Notes: a model not told the origin generated them from the letters alone. Counted from the first letter of the whole stretch, positions 42,347 to 53,273 are shown. The stretch: 63,848 bases of DNA, filler included, from Alphaproteobacteria bacterium (GCA_024280495.1; 5 parts of 5 records of this genome joined end to end with filler, not necessarily neighbours in it), one strand, 5' to 3'. Numbers and translations are program-made.

Positions 42347-45300
42347 ATGAAACTGACAGAACTTTGTATTAAAAGACCCGTTCTATCGACGGTTATTTCA
42401 TTGATTATTATCGCCCTTGGCTTAGTTGCTTTTGAGCAACTTCAAGTGCGACAATATCCTAAAATTGATTTCCCTAAAATAAGTGTGACGACCCAACTGG
42501 AAGGGGCGAGTCCACTTATTATCGAATCCACCATTACAAAAATTCTCGAAGATGCCCTTTCTGGTATTGAGGGTCTGAAAGACATGAAATCAAAAAGTGC
42601 CACTGGTGATAGCCGCATCACTATGACTTTTGATATTCAAAGGGATATTGATAGTGCCGTAAATGATGTGCGTGATAAAATTGGACGTGTGCGTTCAAGA
42701 CTTCCAGAGGGGGTTGTAGAGCCTCTTATAAAGAAAGCTGATGCCGATGCTGTACCTATTATTCACCTGGCACTAACAAGCTCCCAGCACTCCGTTGAAG
42801 AATTAGCTGATTATGCCTATCGTTTTCTTCAAAGCCAACTTGAATCCCTAAGCGGTGTATCAGGCGTAGATATTTTTGGTGGTGGTGAATATGAAATGAA
42901 AATTATTCTTGATCCAGTCAAAATGGCTAATTTCAATATCACTCCCAATGAGATTTCCAAGGCTATTAAAACTCAAAATATTGAAAAACCAGCTGGTAAT
43001 ATCAAAACAAAAAATGAAGAAATTCTGGTAACTATCAAAGCGCCTTTAGTGACGGAAAAAGACTTTGATAATATCATCTTGGGGGAACGCAAAGGGGCGT
43101 TGTTACGACTGAAGCATATTGGTGAAGCGCGCCTTGTTGCCGCCGATACAAAATCTCGAGTACGCTATAATGACAAACCTGCTATTTCTCTCAGCATCAC
43201 AAAGCAATCAACGGCAAATCCATTAACCATTTCTTCGCAACTCCTCAAAGAACTGCCCAAGATACAACGTCTTCTACCAGGAGGGATGGAGCTTGAAATT
43301 GCCAGTGATAAAACAATCTTTGTCGATCGTTCTATATCAGAAGTGTACTGGACCATCTTGGAAGCAACTCTTTTGGTAATGTTTGTTGTTTTGATTTTTT
43401 TACGTTCTTATCGTGCCGTTTTAATTCCTATTGTTACGATTCCTGTGTCTCTTATTGGAACATTTTTCTTAATGCAAATGATGGGTTTCAGCTTAAATAT
43501 TTTAACTCTTTTGGCTCTTGTTCTAGCCATTGGAATGGTTGTGGATGATGCCATTGTTATGTTGGAAAATATCTATAGATATATAGAAGAGGGAATGGAC
43601 CCTATCCAAGCTTCCTTTAAAGGTGCCAAAGAAATTAGCTTTGCCATCGTTGCAATGACCATTACTCTGGCTGCGGTTTATGCGCCTATTACGATGATCC
43701 CTGGAACAACAGGAAAACTCTTTACGGAATTTGCCATGACCCTTGCGGGAGCTGTGGTTATTTCTGGATTTGTGGCTCTGACACTTTCTCCTATGATGTG
43801 TGGGCGACTTCTAAAGCAACACAAACTAGAATTAGCCAAGAAAAAAGTTAAATTTGATGGAACCTCATCCCTCAAAGATATTTTTGGTTCCATTGATGCT
43901 AAAATTGAAATCTTTCTAAATAAATTAGATGATTCTTATGGTCGTATTTTGGATACTATTATAAAAAAAGACCTTGTCATTAGTGTTCCTGGAACAAATA
44001 AAATTTCTTCAAAGAAAGTTCATATTAAAGGCTCTTTGGTTGTTATATTCTCTGGACTTTTGTTCTTTATCATTTCAGTTTTTGTTTATAAATCCTTGAA
44101 AGACGAATATTTGCCCCGTCAAGACCAAGGGCAATTAACCATGCGTTCACTTCCTTTGACTAACAATGCGAATATTGAATTCGTGGACCGTTATATCAAA
44201 CAAGCAGAGAAAATTTTAAAAGATATTCCTGAAATGAGCCGCCGCCTTTCCATCGTGCAGGCACCGGGTGAATCCAATGCATTGAATCTTCTAGTCCCAT
44301 GGGAAGATAGAACCAGAACCACCAAGGAAATTGCTGAAAGCATTCGATTGAAACTCTATGATATTGCTGGATTAAATGTTTATGCTTATTCCAGTGGTAC
44401 TTCCCTTGGAAGTAGCAAATCTGGTGAAAGCTTTGATCTAGTGATCAGCAGCACGGACGACTTCAAAACATTAAGTAAAAAAGCACAGCGTGCTATGCGC
44501 GTGTTGAATAAATCAGGATATTTTGAACCAAAAACTGTTGAAGCAGATATCGCCAGTGATGCTCAAGAGTATATTGTTACAATTGATCGTGAAAAAGCAG
44601 CGGTTCTTGGTGTAGAAATGGATGCCATCAGAGATGCCCTTGATACCCTAGTGGGAGGTAAACCTATCAGTAAATTTAAAAAAGAAAGCAAACTGTTTTC
44701 GGTCCGTATTGAAGTGGAAGACGAAGTGCGTCAAACCGTTGAAGATTTAACTAATATATTTATCAAAGGAAATTCTGTTAATACTCGAAATAGACGCGTA
44801 GATAAAATGGTTCCCCTTTCCGAGGTCATTACCATTGAAAAGACATCTGCTCCCGTTGAAATTGGCCATATCAAAGGATCACGCGCAGTTACCATCAGTG
44901 CTAAACTCAAGGAAGGTTATGGTCTCAGTGAAGTTCTTAATGCGTCCCGTGATTTGGTTGAAGCCACCATTGGAGATTCTTCAACACAAGTAAGCTTTTC
45001 TGGTGCCAGCCAACAGTTTCTAGAAGAAAGCCAGACCATGGTGAAAATGTTTACTTTGGCGCTGGTTTTCATTTTCATGGTTCTAGCTGCACAATATGAA
45101 AGCTGGCGTGATCCTTGGATCATCATTTTGAGTGTGCCTCTTTCCCTTGCAGGAGCGATTATTTTCCTCAAGATTTTTGGTCAGACTTCAAATATCTACA
45201 GCCAAATTGGTTTCATGACTCTCATTGGCCTGATTACCAAGCATGGTATTTTGATTGTGGACTTTGCCAATGCCCTGAAAGAAGAAGGTCTGTCACGGGT

Positions 45301-45550
45301 GGATGCAGTTATTAAGGCATCACGATTACGTTTGCGTCCTATTATAATGACAACTCTGGCTATGGTTTTTGGCGCTATGCCACTTGCATTTGCTGGTGGT
45401 GCTGGCATGGAAAGCCGTCAACCCATTGGTCTGGTTATTGTGGGGGGAATGTTGATCGGAACTATCTTCACCCTTTTTGTCCTACCCGCAGTTTATACTT
45501 ATGTTAGTACGGAAAAATATAAAAAATTAGTTAAGGACGAACACCTTTAA
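42347..45550 (+). CDS. RND efflux permease (AcrB/HAE1 family)
   Basis: IKRPV, IGMVVDDAIVMLENI, GLITKHGILIVDFA, RLRPIIMTT. Confidence 0.97.
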   Translation: MKLTELCIKRPVLSTVISLIIIALGLVAFEQLQVRQYPKIDFPKISVTTQLEGASPLIIESTITKILEDALSGIEGLKDMKSKSATGDSRITMTFDIQRDIDSAVNDVRDKIGRVRSRLPEGVVEPLIKKADADAVPIIHLALTSSQHSVEELADYAYRFLQSQLESLSGVSGVDIFGGGEYEMKIILDPVKMANFNITPNEISKAIKTQNIEKPAGNIKTKNEEILVTIKAPLVTEKDFDNIILGERKGALLRLKHIGEARLVAADTKSRVRYNDKPAISLSITKQSTANPLTISSQLLKELPKIQRLLPGGMELEIASDKTIFVDRSISEVYWTILEATLLVMFVVLIFLRSYRAVLIPIVTIPVSLIGTFFLMQMMGFSLNILTLLALVLAIGMVVDDAIVMLENIYRYIEEGMDPIQASFKGAKEISFAIVAMTITLAAVYAPITMIPGTTGKLFTEFAMTLAGAVVISGFVALTLSPMMCGRLLKQHKLELAKKKVKFDGTSSLKDIFGSIDAKIEIFLNKLDDSYGRILDTIIKKDLVISVPGTNKISSKKVHIKGSLVVIFSGLLFFIISVFVYKSLKDEYLPRQDQGQLTMRSLPLTNNANIEFVDRYIKQAEKILKDIPEMSRRLSIVQAPGESNALNLLVPWEDRTRTTKEIAESIRLKLYDIAGLNVYAYSSGTSLGSSKSGESFDLVISSTDDFKTLSKKAQRAMRVLNKSGYFEPKTVEADIASDAQEYIVTIDREKAAVLGVEMDAIRDALDTLVGGKPISKFKKESKLFSVRIEVEDEVRQTVEDLTNIFIKGNSVNTRNRRVDKMVPLSEVITIEKTSAPVEIGHIKGSRAVTISAKLKEGYGLSEVLNASRDLVEATIGDSSTQVSFSGASQQFLEESQTMVKMFTLALVFIFMVLAAQYESWRDPWIIILSVPLSLAGAIIFLKIFGQTSNIYSQIGFMTLIGLITKHGILIVDFANALKEEGLSRVDAVIKASRLRLRPIIMTTLAMVFGAMPLAFAGGAGMESRQPIGLVIVGGMLIGTIFTLFVLPAVYTYVSTEKYKKLVKDEHL

Positions 45551-45679
45551 AATGTGATATGGCTACCCTAAAGCTGAGTTATAGCTAAAAGTTGTGTATG
45601 GGTATTTTTGAGAGAGATTTAGTGGTTTATTCTTAGCTGTCCTGAAAAAACAGAATAGGAACACACCACCATGTCACAA

Positions 45680-45779
45680 NNNNNNNNNNNNNNNNNNNNN
45701 NNNNNNNNNNNNNNNNNNNNNNNTTAATTAATTAANNNNNNNNNNNNNNNNNNNNNNNNNNNNNNNNNNNNNNNNNNNN
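45680..45779. other. Artificial contig spacer
   Basis: N44-TTAATTAATTAA-N44. Confidence 0.98.
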
Positions 45780-45780
45780 C

Positions 45781-46578
45781 CTGGCTGCTTGTTTTACACT
45801 TGCCCTTGGGTGCTCCCTCATTGGAGTTTTGCTTGTTTTACGCCGCATGAGTCTCATGGGCGACGCCCTATCTCACTCCATTCTTCCAGGAGTTGCCATT
45901 GGGTATGTTTTTGCAGGACTTTCCCTTCCTATTATGGCTGCTGGAGGGTTTATTGCAGGTCTTTTTGTGGCTTTTATCGCAACCCTTGTCACAAGACATA
46001 CGATTCTAAAAGAGGACGCAAGTTTTGTGGGATTTTATCTTATAGCTCTTTCTTCAGGTGCGGTCATCGTTTCCGTATTTGGCAAAAATGTTGACCTCTT
46101 AAATATTCTTTTTGGACAAGCTCTTGGCATCACAACTGACGCACTTTTTCTCATTGCCACCATCACTACTTTTACCCTTATATTGTTTAGTTTTATTTAC
46201 CGCCCCCTTTTGATTGAGTGTTATGACCCTGTGTTTATGAAATCCCTTGGGGTTAGCGGTGCCTTCTATCATGTCATATTCATGATGCTTGTTGTTTTAA
46301 ATATGATTGCGGCTTTTCAGGCATTGGGGACAATGATGGCCCTTGGTATCATGATGTTACCTGCGGTGGCGGCGCGTTTTTGGGGCCGCGAAGTGGGCAG
46401 TATTTTCATCATTGCATTTATTTTTGCCTTTCTTTCTGGATACATTGGATTGCTTCTCTCACACCACTATGAACTTTCCAGCGGCCCTGCCATAATCCTT
46501 GTGGCGGGTGTGTTTTATATTATTTCCCTACTTATTGGAAAATACGGGAGCATTCGACAAAAGGTTTTTGCTTCATGA
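45781..46578 (+). CDS. Zn/Mn ABC transporter permease, 5'-truncated by gap
   Basis: Frame open from the gap; LRRMSLMGDALSHSILPGVA, DLLNILFG, SGPAIIL. Confidence 0.93.
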   Translation: MAACFTLALGCSLIGVLLVLRRMSLMGDALSHSILPGVAIGYVFAGLSLPIMAAGGFIAGLFVAFIATLVTRHTILKEDASFVGFYLIALSSGAVIVSVFGKNVDLLNILFGQALGITTDALFLIATITTFTLILFSFIYRPLLIECYDPVFMKSLGVSGAFYHVIFMMLVVLNMIAAFQALGTMMALGIMMLPAVAARFWGREVGSIFIIAFIFAFLSGYIGLLLSHHYELSSGPAIILVAGVFYIISLLIGKYGSIRQKVFAS

Positions 46579-47495
46579 TAAGAAAAATAATTATTTCCCT
46601 TTTTTGTGTTTTTATTTTGATTAGCTCCCATGCCCATGGGAAATTGAAAGTGGTTTCAAGTTTTAGCATCCTAGGAGATGTGGTTAAAACAGTTGGCGGT
46701 GATTTTATTGACCATAAATCTATTGTCGGTCCCAATGAAGATACCCATGTTTATAACCCCACCCCCAATGATGGAAGACTAATATCAAAGGCTGATTTAA
46801 TTATTATTAATGGGCTGATGTTCGAGACTTGGTTTAAACGCATGATAGATGCCACTGGATATAAAAAAGACGTAGCCGTTGCTTCAAAAAATATTGAACC
46901 CCATAAAATGATGGCCCCTTATTTTGGTGGGAAGCCCGTGCCAGACCCCCATGTTTGGAGCAATGTACGGCATGTTATGACCTGGGTGAAAAATATTCGT
47001 GAGGCGCTCATTAGAAATGATCCCCAGCATAAAAAAAACTACGAAAATAATGCAACCCTTTATCTAAAAGAACTTAAAGAACTAGATATTTGGATTCGGC
47101 AACAATTTAAAACCATCCCCAAAAAAAAATGTAAAGTGATTACGGCACATGATGCTTTTAATTATTTTGAAAAAGCTTACGGTGTCACTTTTTTATCTCC
47201 CCAAGGCCTTTCTACAACTGATGAACCTTCCGCAGCAGAAATGGTAAAGCTCATTATCCAAATTAAAAAAGAAAATATTAAAACTATTTTTGTTGAAAAC
47301 ATTTCTAACACCCACCTGATTAAACAACTTGCTAGTGAAACGGGTGCAAAAATTGGGGGCGTTTTATATTCCGATGCCCTATCTCCAAAAGGTGAACCTG
47401 GTGAGTCCTATATCAAAATGATGCGTCATAACGTTGAAACTATTGCTCAATCTTTATCTTGTTTTAAATTAAATACACCTAAAAAAGAAAAGTGA
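46575..47495 (+). CDS. Zn/Mn ABC transporter substrate-binding protein
   Basis: VVSSFSIL, DTHVYNPTP, DPHVW, TAHDAFNYF, LYSDAL. Confidence 0.95.
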   Translation: MIRKIIISLFCVFILISSHAHGKLKVVSSFSILGDVVKTVGGDFIDHKSIVGPNEDTHVYNPTPNDGRLISKADLIIINGLMFETWFKRMIDATGYKKDVAVASKNIEPHKMMAPYFGGKPVPDPHVWSNVRHVMTWVKNIREALIRNDPQHKKNYENNATLYLKELKELDIWIRQQFKTIPKKKCKVITAHDAFNYFEKAYGVTFLSPQGLSTTDEPSAAEMVKLIIQIKKENIKTIFVENISNTHLIKQLASETGAKIGGVLYSDALSPKGEPGESYIKMMRHNVETIAQSLSCFKLNTPKKEK

Positions 47496-47499
47496 AAAA

Positions 47500-48105
47500 A
47501 TGCGTTTTATTCTTTTTCTCGCCGCATCTTTTTTAACCTGGGTTAGTGGGTTTTTTATTTTTGTATGGGATGCAGAAACCTTGAGCCAAAAACAAGTTTA
47601 TCAACGAAATGCCACCCAAAAATCAGACGCTATTATTGTCTTAACGGGTGCTCGAAACCGCATCAAAAAAGGTTTGGAACTTCTTGAAAATCAAACGGCT
47701 CCCTGTCTTTTAATATCAGGGGTTTTAACGCACATTTCGAAACCATCATTAATACGTATTTCAGGGTTCAAGGGATCAGTTCCTCTCAAAAAAGTCATTC
47801 TTGATTACAAGTCGACCACCACCGAAGAAAACGCAAAATACTCGACCCTGTGGGTTGATAAATGGATAGAAAAGAAGCCTTTAACTCAGATTCATCTCGT
47901 CACGTCCAGCTATCATATGAGAAGATCCCTTGTGGAATTTCAAAATAAACTTCCAGAAATCAAATTTATCCCCCAAGCAATTTCCCCTTTAAACACAACT
48001 GAAAAACCCTGGGATTCAAGTCAAAAAAATCTTATTTTATATTTAACAGAGTATACAAAGTACTTGGTTGCCTATATAAAAAATATAGTCCCTTCGAGAG
48101 TTTAA
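47500..48105 (+). CDS. YdcF/DUF218-family protein
   Basis: DAIIVLTG, LLISGV, TTEENA, LVTSSYHMRRS, EYTK. Confidence 0.9.
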   Translation: MRFILFLAASFLTWVSGFFIFVWDAETLSQKQVYQRNATQKSDAIIVLTGARNRIKKGLELLENQTAPCLLISGVLTHISKPSLIRISGFKGSVPLKKVILDYKSTTTEENAKYSTLWVDKWIEKKPLTQIHLVTSSYHMRRSLVEFQNKLPEIKFIPQAISPLNTTEKPWDSSQKNLILYLTEYTKYLVAYIKNIVPSRV

Positions 48106-48115
48106 AAAGATAATT

Positions 48116-48850
48116 ATGCGCATTTTACATTTTTTACAATCCCTTATTTTTAATATCCTCTTCTTTGTATGGATGTCTATCATTTCCATTTGGTGCCTTT
48201 TCGCGGGCTATATGAAAGGGTACAAAGGGATTAATCGTGTTGGAGAATGTTCAAGTTCTGGCGTTAAATGGCTTTTACGTCTTATTTTTGGGACCACCGT
48301 AGAATTTCGAAATAAGGGCCTGGTTCCAAAAGGGGGACAGTACATCGTTGCTTGTAAACATCAATCAGCCTGGGAAACAATTTCCCTCCACCGTTTTATC
48401 AAAGACCCAACGGTTGTTATGAAAAAAGAACTCACAAAAGTCCCTATTTTTGGAAGGGTTATCGTTAATGCTGGCTCTATTATTATTGATCGTAAAAAGG
48501 GGAAACAAATGCCACAATTAATTGAGGGTGCACGTAAAAGCCTAGATGACGGTCGCCCTGTATTTATTTTTCCAGAGGGCACCCGTAGCCAAGCTGGTAA
48601 AGTGGGAAAATACCGCTATGGTATTTACGCCCTTTACAAAGAATTAAACGTTCCCGTTTTGCCCATTGCTTTAAACTCTGGCTATGTCTGGCCACGTCGT
48701 GGATTTATGAAAAAAAAAGGGCGGATTATAGTTGAGTACTTACCCCTTATCGAACCTGGTTTAAGTCAAAATGAATTTATGCGACACTTAGAAGATACCA
48801 TTGAAACGGCCTCCCTTGCATTGGCGCCAGATAAATTAACTTCTGAATAA
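48116..48850 (+). CDS. plsC: 1-acyl-sn-glycerol-3-phosphate acyltransferase
   Basis: KHQSAWET, IFPEGTR, PIALNSG. Confidence 0.9.
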   Translation: MRILHFLQSLIFNILFFVWMSIISIWCLFAGYMKGYKGINRVGECSSSGVKWLLRLIFGTTVEFRNKGLVPKGGQYIVACKHQSAWETISLHRFIKDPTVVMKKELTKVPIFGRVIVNAGSIIIDRKKGKQMPQLIEGARKSLDDGRPVFIFPEGTRSQAGKVGKYRYGIYALYKELNVPVLPIALNSGYVWPRRGFMKKKGRIIVEYLPLIEPGLSQNEFMRHLEDTIETASLALAPDKLTSE

Positions 48851-48858
48851 GGTTCCTT

Positions 48859-50130
48859 ATGACACATAAAAGAAAGCTCTCTTTTCTTGCCCTCCTAGCG
48901 GCCATTTTTGCTGTTTATGCCTATGTTTGGTTTTTGGCTGCCCATAAAGTTGAAACGGCTCTTCTTGTAGAGGTTCAACGTTTAGAAGAAAAAAATTATA
49001 CCGTTGATTATGGCAGTATCCATGTTAAAGGATTTCCATTTCAATTGGATGTTGAAATTGATAGTCTCTATATCCAAACGCCTACAACTAATGGCCCCTA
49101 TCCTATTTCTTTTTTAATTCAAGAAACCATTCATGGTTCTGCATCTATTTTTAACCCTCAAAAAATTCACCTTTATGCCTATCCTTCCCTGAAAGGAAGA
49201 AATAAAGCCCCCACGATTTCTGTTTCTTTCACCTCCCCAAAGGACAATGATAGAGAACCAACCCTGGCTGATATGGAAAAGGAAGACATTCTTTTCACTG
49301 CTCAAAGAGTCAAAGCAACCCTAGAACTTTTCTCGTCTGAGGAAGAAATATCAAAAGCCCCTCAAACATTTCCAGAAAAGGCAGCTCCCCCTCAAAACGC
49401 CCGGCCTTATAGCCTTGTGAATGTTCACCTGGGTGACGTCTCTTCCTATCTTTTAACATCTGACACTGCCCTAAAGGCAACAACAATAGACGACCTTATA
49501 CTACAAATAACCTTTCATCCAAAAGATATTTTTCTCAATACCTATGGGCTTGATGTTAGGAATTTGACCTTTCCAAAAAGCTTTTTACCAAACGTGCCCA
49601 AAACCATAAAACAGGTGCGATTTAATTTTTCTATGCACGGTGATATCCAACGTCATTTACCCTTGGATCAAGCCATTCTCAAGTGGTATAAAACCGATGG
49701 ACTTATTGATGTGAAAGAAGCTCTCATTGAATGGGGAAAGGTTAAAATTGTCGGCAACGGCACCCTTGCCCTTGATGGTGCTCTTCAACCCATTATGGCT
49801 TTTGCAATGGATATTTATGGTCTTAATGATATACTGGATATGCTTGATCAATCTGGAGTCATCCCCCCTGCCCTTTCCACTATTTTAAAAATTGCAGTTC
49901 AAAACACTCAAAGTTCTTTCATGGGTATTTTAAAAAAAGAAGACTTTAATAAAGATGGCAGCACAAAAACTGTTTATCATAAAGTTTCCATAACGACCCA
50001 AGATAATGAGCTTATGATTGGGACAATTCCTATTTTTAAATATGCTCCTTTTGACTGGGTTAAAACGGGTCCGCAACCGACCGTTACCCCCTCTAATTCA
50101 TCGGTGGAAAACGCCTCTAACCTCCTATAA
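48859..50130 (+). CDS. DUF2125-like membrane-anchored protein
   Basis: YAYVWF N-terminal TM, GFPFQL, GTLALDGALQP; position after plsC. Confidence 0.7.
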   Translation: MTHKRKLSFLALLAAIFAVYAYVWFLAAHKVETALLVEVQRLEEKNYTVDYGSIHVKGFPFQLDVEIDSLYIQTPTTNGPYPISFLIQETIHGSASIFNPQKIHLYAYPSLKGRNKAPTISVSFTSPKDNDREPTLADMEKEDILFTAQRVKATLELFSSEEEISKAPQTFPEKAAPPQNARPYSLVNVHLGDVSSYLLTSDTALKATTIDDLILQITFHPKDIFLNTYGLDVRNLTFPKSFLPNVPKTIKQVRFNFSMHGDIQRHLPLDQAILKWYKTDGLIDVKEALIEWGKVKIVGNGTLALDGALQPIMAFAMDIYGLNDILDMLDQSGVIPPALSTILKIAVQNTQSSFMGILKKEDFNKDGSTKTVYHKVSITTQDNELMIGTIPIFKYAPFDWVKTGPQPTVTPSNSSVENASNLL

Positions 50131-50147
50131 AAAAGAATTTTAAAGAC

Positions 50148-52544
50148 ATGATACGTAATAAAAGAAAAACCCATTTCCTTCCTGAAAGTTTCCGAACTTT
50201 TTTATGGTCTAGATCTTTTGAAGCCGTTGGGATTTTATTCATATGCCTTTCATTATTTATTTCCCTATCTCTTTTTTCATATGATCCATCGGACTCATCC
50301 CTGAATGTTGTAACGTCTCTCGATAAAATAAATAATTTTTTTGGTCAAAAAGGCGCTTTTTTTTCTGATTTTATGATGCAATACCTTGGTAAGGCCTCCT
50401 ATGTTTTTGCATATTGTATTTTTATTTGGGGTGTTTTATATTTTCAAGGTCGTGCGCTGACAGCCGCCCTAAAACGTAGCATTAGCCTTATTTTTTCAGT
50501 TTTTTTTATGAACTTTTCTTTTTCTACCATGGGAATTTATCTAAAAACACCTCTTGATGGCGTTGTTGGCATAACGATTTTCACCCCCCTTTACAAGACG
50601 CTTAGCTCTTTTAATTTTCAAGCCACTTTCATATTAATCTCTGTTTTTTCTACTTTTATTAGTCTTCTTTTATTCGCCTATGCAACATCACTTACCCTTG
50701 AAAACTGGCGTAATATTGGTTCATATATTTGGAAATGGGTCCTTTTTGTGAGTCGAAAAACCCTGTGGCTCATCCGAAAATGGCATACCTTCTCTTCTCT
50801 CAAACCGAAAGAAGCAGCAACAACAACTCATTCGAATGATCTATCTTATACACGTACACCCTATGATGATATGTTGGACAACAAAAAGGGGCACGTGGCG
50901 CCAAAAGATACGTCTCTCATGCTGCGCTCTGAAATCTTTGATGAAGGAGAAATCGTTGCCGCAGCTCAACATCCAGAACACTCAACAGTAAAGCAGGGCA
51001 CGTCTAGAAAAACACTGTCAAATCCAGAAATTCTTTCTTTGAGTGATGATGCTATTTATACCCTTCCTGATTTATCTCTGCTCCAAGACCCAAGCATGGT
51101 CAAACAAACAAAACTTTCAAGGCAAGAAATCGAAAAAAATATAAATGCTCTTTCCCAAGTTCTCGAGGATTACGGTGTTAAAGGTCAAATCATAGGGGCT
51201 AAACCTGGCCCCGTTGTCACTCTCTATGAATTAGAGCCAGCACCAGGCATTAAATCTTCTAGAATCATTGGTCTTGCCGATGATATTGCACGATCCATGC
51301 ATGCAATTTCTGCCCGTATTGCCGTTGTGCCAGCTCAAAATCTCATTGGCATTGAGCTCCCCAATGACACCCGTCAAACTGTTTACCTCCAGGATATTCT
51401 AGGATCTAAGGATTTTGATGATAGTAACGCCAAACTTAATATGGCCCTTGGTAAAAATATTAGTGGCGTTCCCATTCTAACGGATCTAGCCCGCATGCCC
51501 CATATGATTGTGGCGGGAACAACAGGATCAGGTAAATCCGTTGGGATTAATGCCATGATTATTTCCTTGCTCTATCGACACTCTCCCGAGACCTGTCGTT
51601 TAATACTCATTGATCCAAAAATGCTGGAATTTTCCATGTACAATGATATTCCCCATTTATTAACCCCCGTTGTGACCGAGCCTAATAAGGCTATTTTTGC
51701 CCTCAAATGGGCTGTACGGGAAATGGAAAATAGATATCGCGGCATGTCACATTTGGGTGTGAGAAATATCGAAAATTACAATGCTGCCCTCAAGCAAGCG
51801 AAAAAAGAAGGTCGTGAGATTACCAGAACCGTTCAAACGGGCTTTGATGCAGAAACAGGCCACCCAATTTTCGAAGAACAACCCATCAATATGAAACCTC
51901 TTCCTTATATCGTGATTGTGGTTGATGAGATGGCTGATTTGATGATGGTTGCAGGAAAAGACATTGAAGCCGCAGTGCAGCGTTTGGCCCAAATGGCACG
52001 TGCAGCAGGTATTCATGTGATTATGGCAACTCAACGTCCTTCCGTTGATGTTATCACTGGAACCATTAAGGCCAACTTTCCAACACGTATAAGCTTTCAA
52101 GTAACCTCTAAATTCGACAGCCGAACCATTCTAGGTGAGCAAGGGGCAGAACAACTATTGGGTCGAGGAGATATGCTCTTTATGGAGGCTGGTGGTCGAA
52201 TTCAACGTATCCATGGACCGTTTGTAAGTGATGAAGAAGTTGAGCGCATAGTGAGCTTCCTTAAGACCCAAGGCAAGCCAGACTATGTAAGCAATGTTTG
52301 TGACGAGTCAAGTGATTTTGGTATGGAAACTGGTGGAGGATCCAATAATGATGAAGCCGATGATTTGTATCAAAAAGCAGTCACCATAGTGAGGACCGAC
52401 CGTAAAGCCTCAACGAGCTATGTTCAGCGACGTCTTCAAATTGGATATAATCGCGCGGCACGCATTATTGAGCAAATGGAGGCTGCTGGTGTTATTAGCT
52501 CTGCCAATCATGTGGGAAAACGCGAAGTTCTCTTGGATGAATAA
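50148..52544 (+). CDS. ftsK: DNA translocase FtsK
   Basis: N-terminal TMs, GPVVTLYE, AGTTGSGKS, ATQRPSVDVITG, QRRLQIGYNRAAR. Confidence 0.99.
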   Translation: MIRNKRKTHFLPESFRTFLWSRSFEAVGILFICLSLFISLSLFSYDPSDSSLNVVTSLDKINNFFGQKGAFFSDFMMQYLGKASYVFAYCIFIWGVLYFQGRALTAALKRSISLIFSVFFMNFSFSTMGIYLKTPLDGVVGITIFTPLYKTLSSFNFQATFILISVFSTFISLLLFAYATSLTLENWRNIGSYIWKWVLFVSRKTLWLIRKWHTFSSLKPKEAATTTHSNDLSYTRTPYDDMLDNKKGHVAPKDTSLMLRSEIFDEGEIVAAAQHPEHSTVKQGTSRKTLSNPEILSLSDDAIYTLPDLSLLQDPSMVKQTKLSRQEIEKNINALSQVLEDYGVKGQIIGAKPGPVVTLYELEPAPGIKSSRIIGLADDIARSMHAISARIAVVPAQNLIGIELPNDTRQTVYLQDILGSKDFDDSNAKLNMALGKNISGVPILTDLARMPHMIVAGTTGSGKSVGINAMIISLLYRHSPETCRLILIDPKMLEFSMYNDIPHLLTPVVTEPNKAIFALKWAVREMENRYRGMSHLGVRNIENYNAALKQAKKEGREITRTVQTGFDAETGHPIFEEQPINMKPLPYIVIVVDEMADLMMVAGKDIEAAVQRLAQMARAAGIHVIMATQRPSVDVITGTIKANFPTRISFQVTSKFDSRTILGEQGAEQLLGRGDMLFMEAGGRIQRIHGPFVSDEEVERIVSFLKTQGKPDYVSNVCDESSDFGMETGGGSNNDEADDLYQKAVTIVRTDRKASTSYVQRRLQIGYNRAARIIEQMEAAGVISSANHVGKREVLLDE

Positions 52545-53181
52545 CCATTTTTTTAAAGGATTCAAAATGTTCCCATTTAAAATAAAAACTTTTTTAATTT
52601 TTATTTCTCTTTTTGCCACCATTAATGCCCCCCATATTAAAGCATCGAGCGTGAAACTTTCTCAGATTGAAACCTATCTTAATACCCTACACACTCTACA
52701 AGCTAATTTCGAGCAGTGGGATCAAAATGGGGCCTATACAACAGGTAAACTGTACCTCCAAAAACCAGGAAAAATTCGTCTTAACTATAACCTTCCTTCT
52801 AAGCTTGTAATTTTGGGTGATGGACAAACTCTTTTTTTTATGGAACGTGACACTGGTGATTTATCTCATACTCCCATTGCTAACTCTCCTGCTTCTTTTT
52901 TACTGGCAGAAAAAACAAATTTACACCAAGATTTTACCATTCATAATTTTACTTATAATGCCCAACGTGTTGAAATAACCTTACAGAAAAAGAACAATCC
53001 AGACCTTGGCTCCCTCACCCTTGTTTTTCGTCGAATGCCAACCCTGGACCTTGTTAAATGGATCGTCACTGACCCTCAAGATAAAAATATTATTGTAAAA
53101 TTAAACACCATCAAAAAAGGTACAAAAAAAAGCAGGGCTTTAAGCCCCACCCTTTTTGATTCATCTATTTTATTTGGTTAA
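52537..53181 (+). CDS. lolA: Outer-membrane lipoprotein carrier LolA
   Basis: TLQANFEQ, GKLYLQKPGKIRLNY, WIVTD; follows ftsK; start 52537 or 52567. Confidence 0.88.
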   Translation: MNNHFFKGFKMFPFKIKTFLIFISLFATINAPHIKASSVKLSQIETYLNTLHTLQANFEQWDQNGAYTTGKLYLQKPGKIRLNYNLPSKLVILGDGQTLFFMERDTGDLSHTPIANSPASFLLAEKTNLHQDFTIHNFTYNAQRVEITLQKKNNPDLGSLTLVFRRMPTLDLVKWIVTDPQDKNIIVKLNTIKKGTKKSRALSPTLFDSSILFG

Positions 53182-53201
53182 AAACCTCCTCCCTATAATT
53201 G

Positions 53202-53237
53202 AAAATCCCGAGCTTTTATTTAGCTCGGGATTTTTTT
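53202..53237. terminator. Bidirectional terminator between lolA and the translocase
   Basis: AAAATCCCGAGCT-TTTATTT-AGCTCGGGATTTT(TTT), 13-bp perfect stem between convergent genes. Confidence 0.9.
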
Positions 53238-53273
53238 ACATATAATCAGAATAGATTTAGATAACTATTTTAT

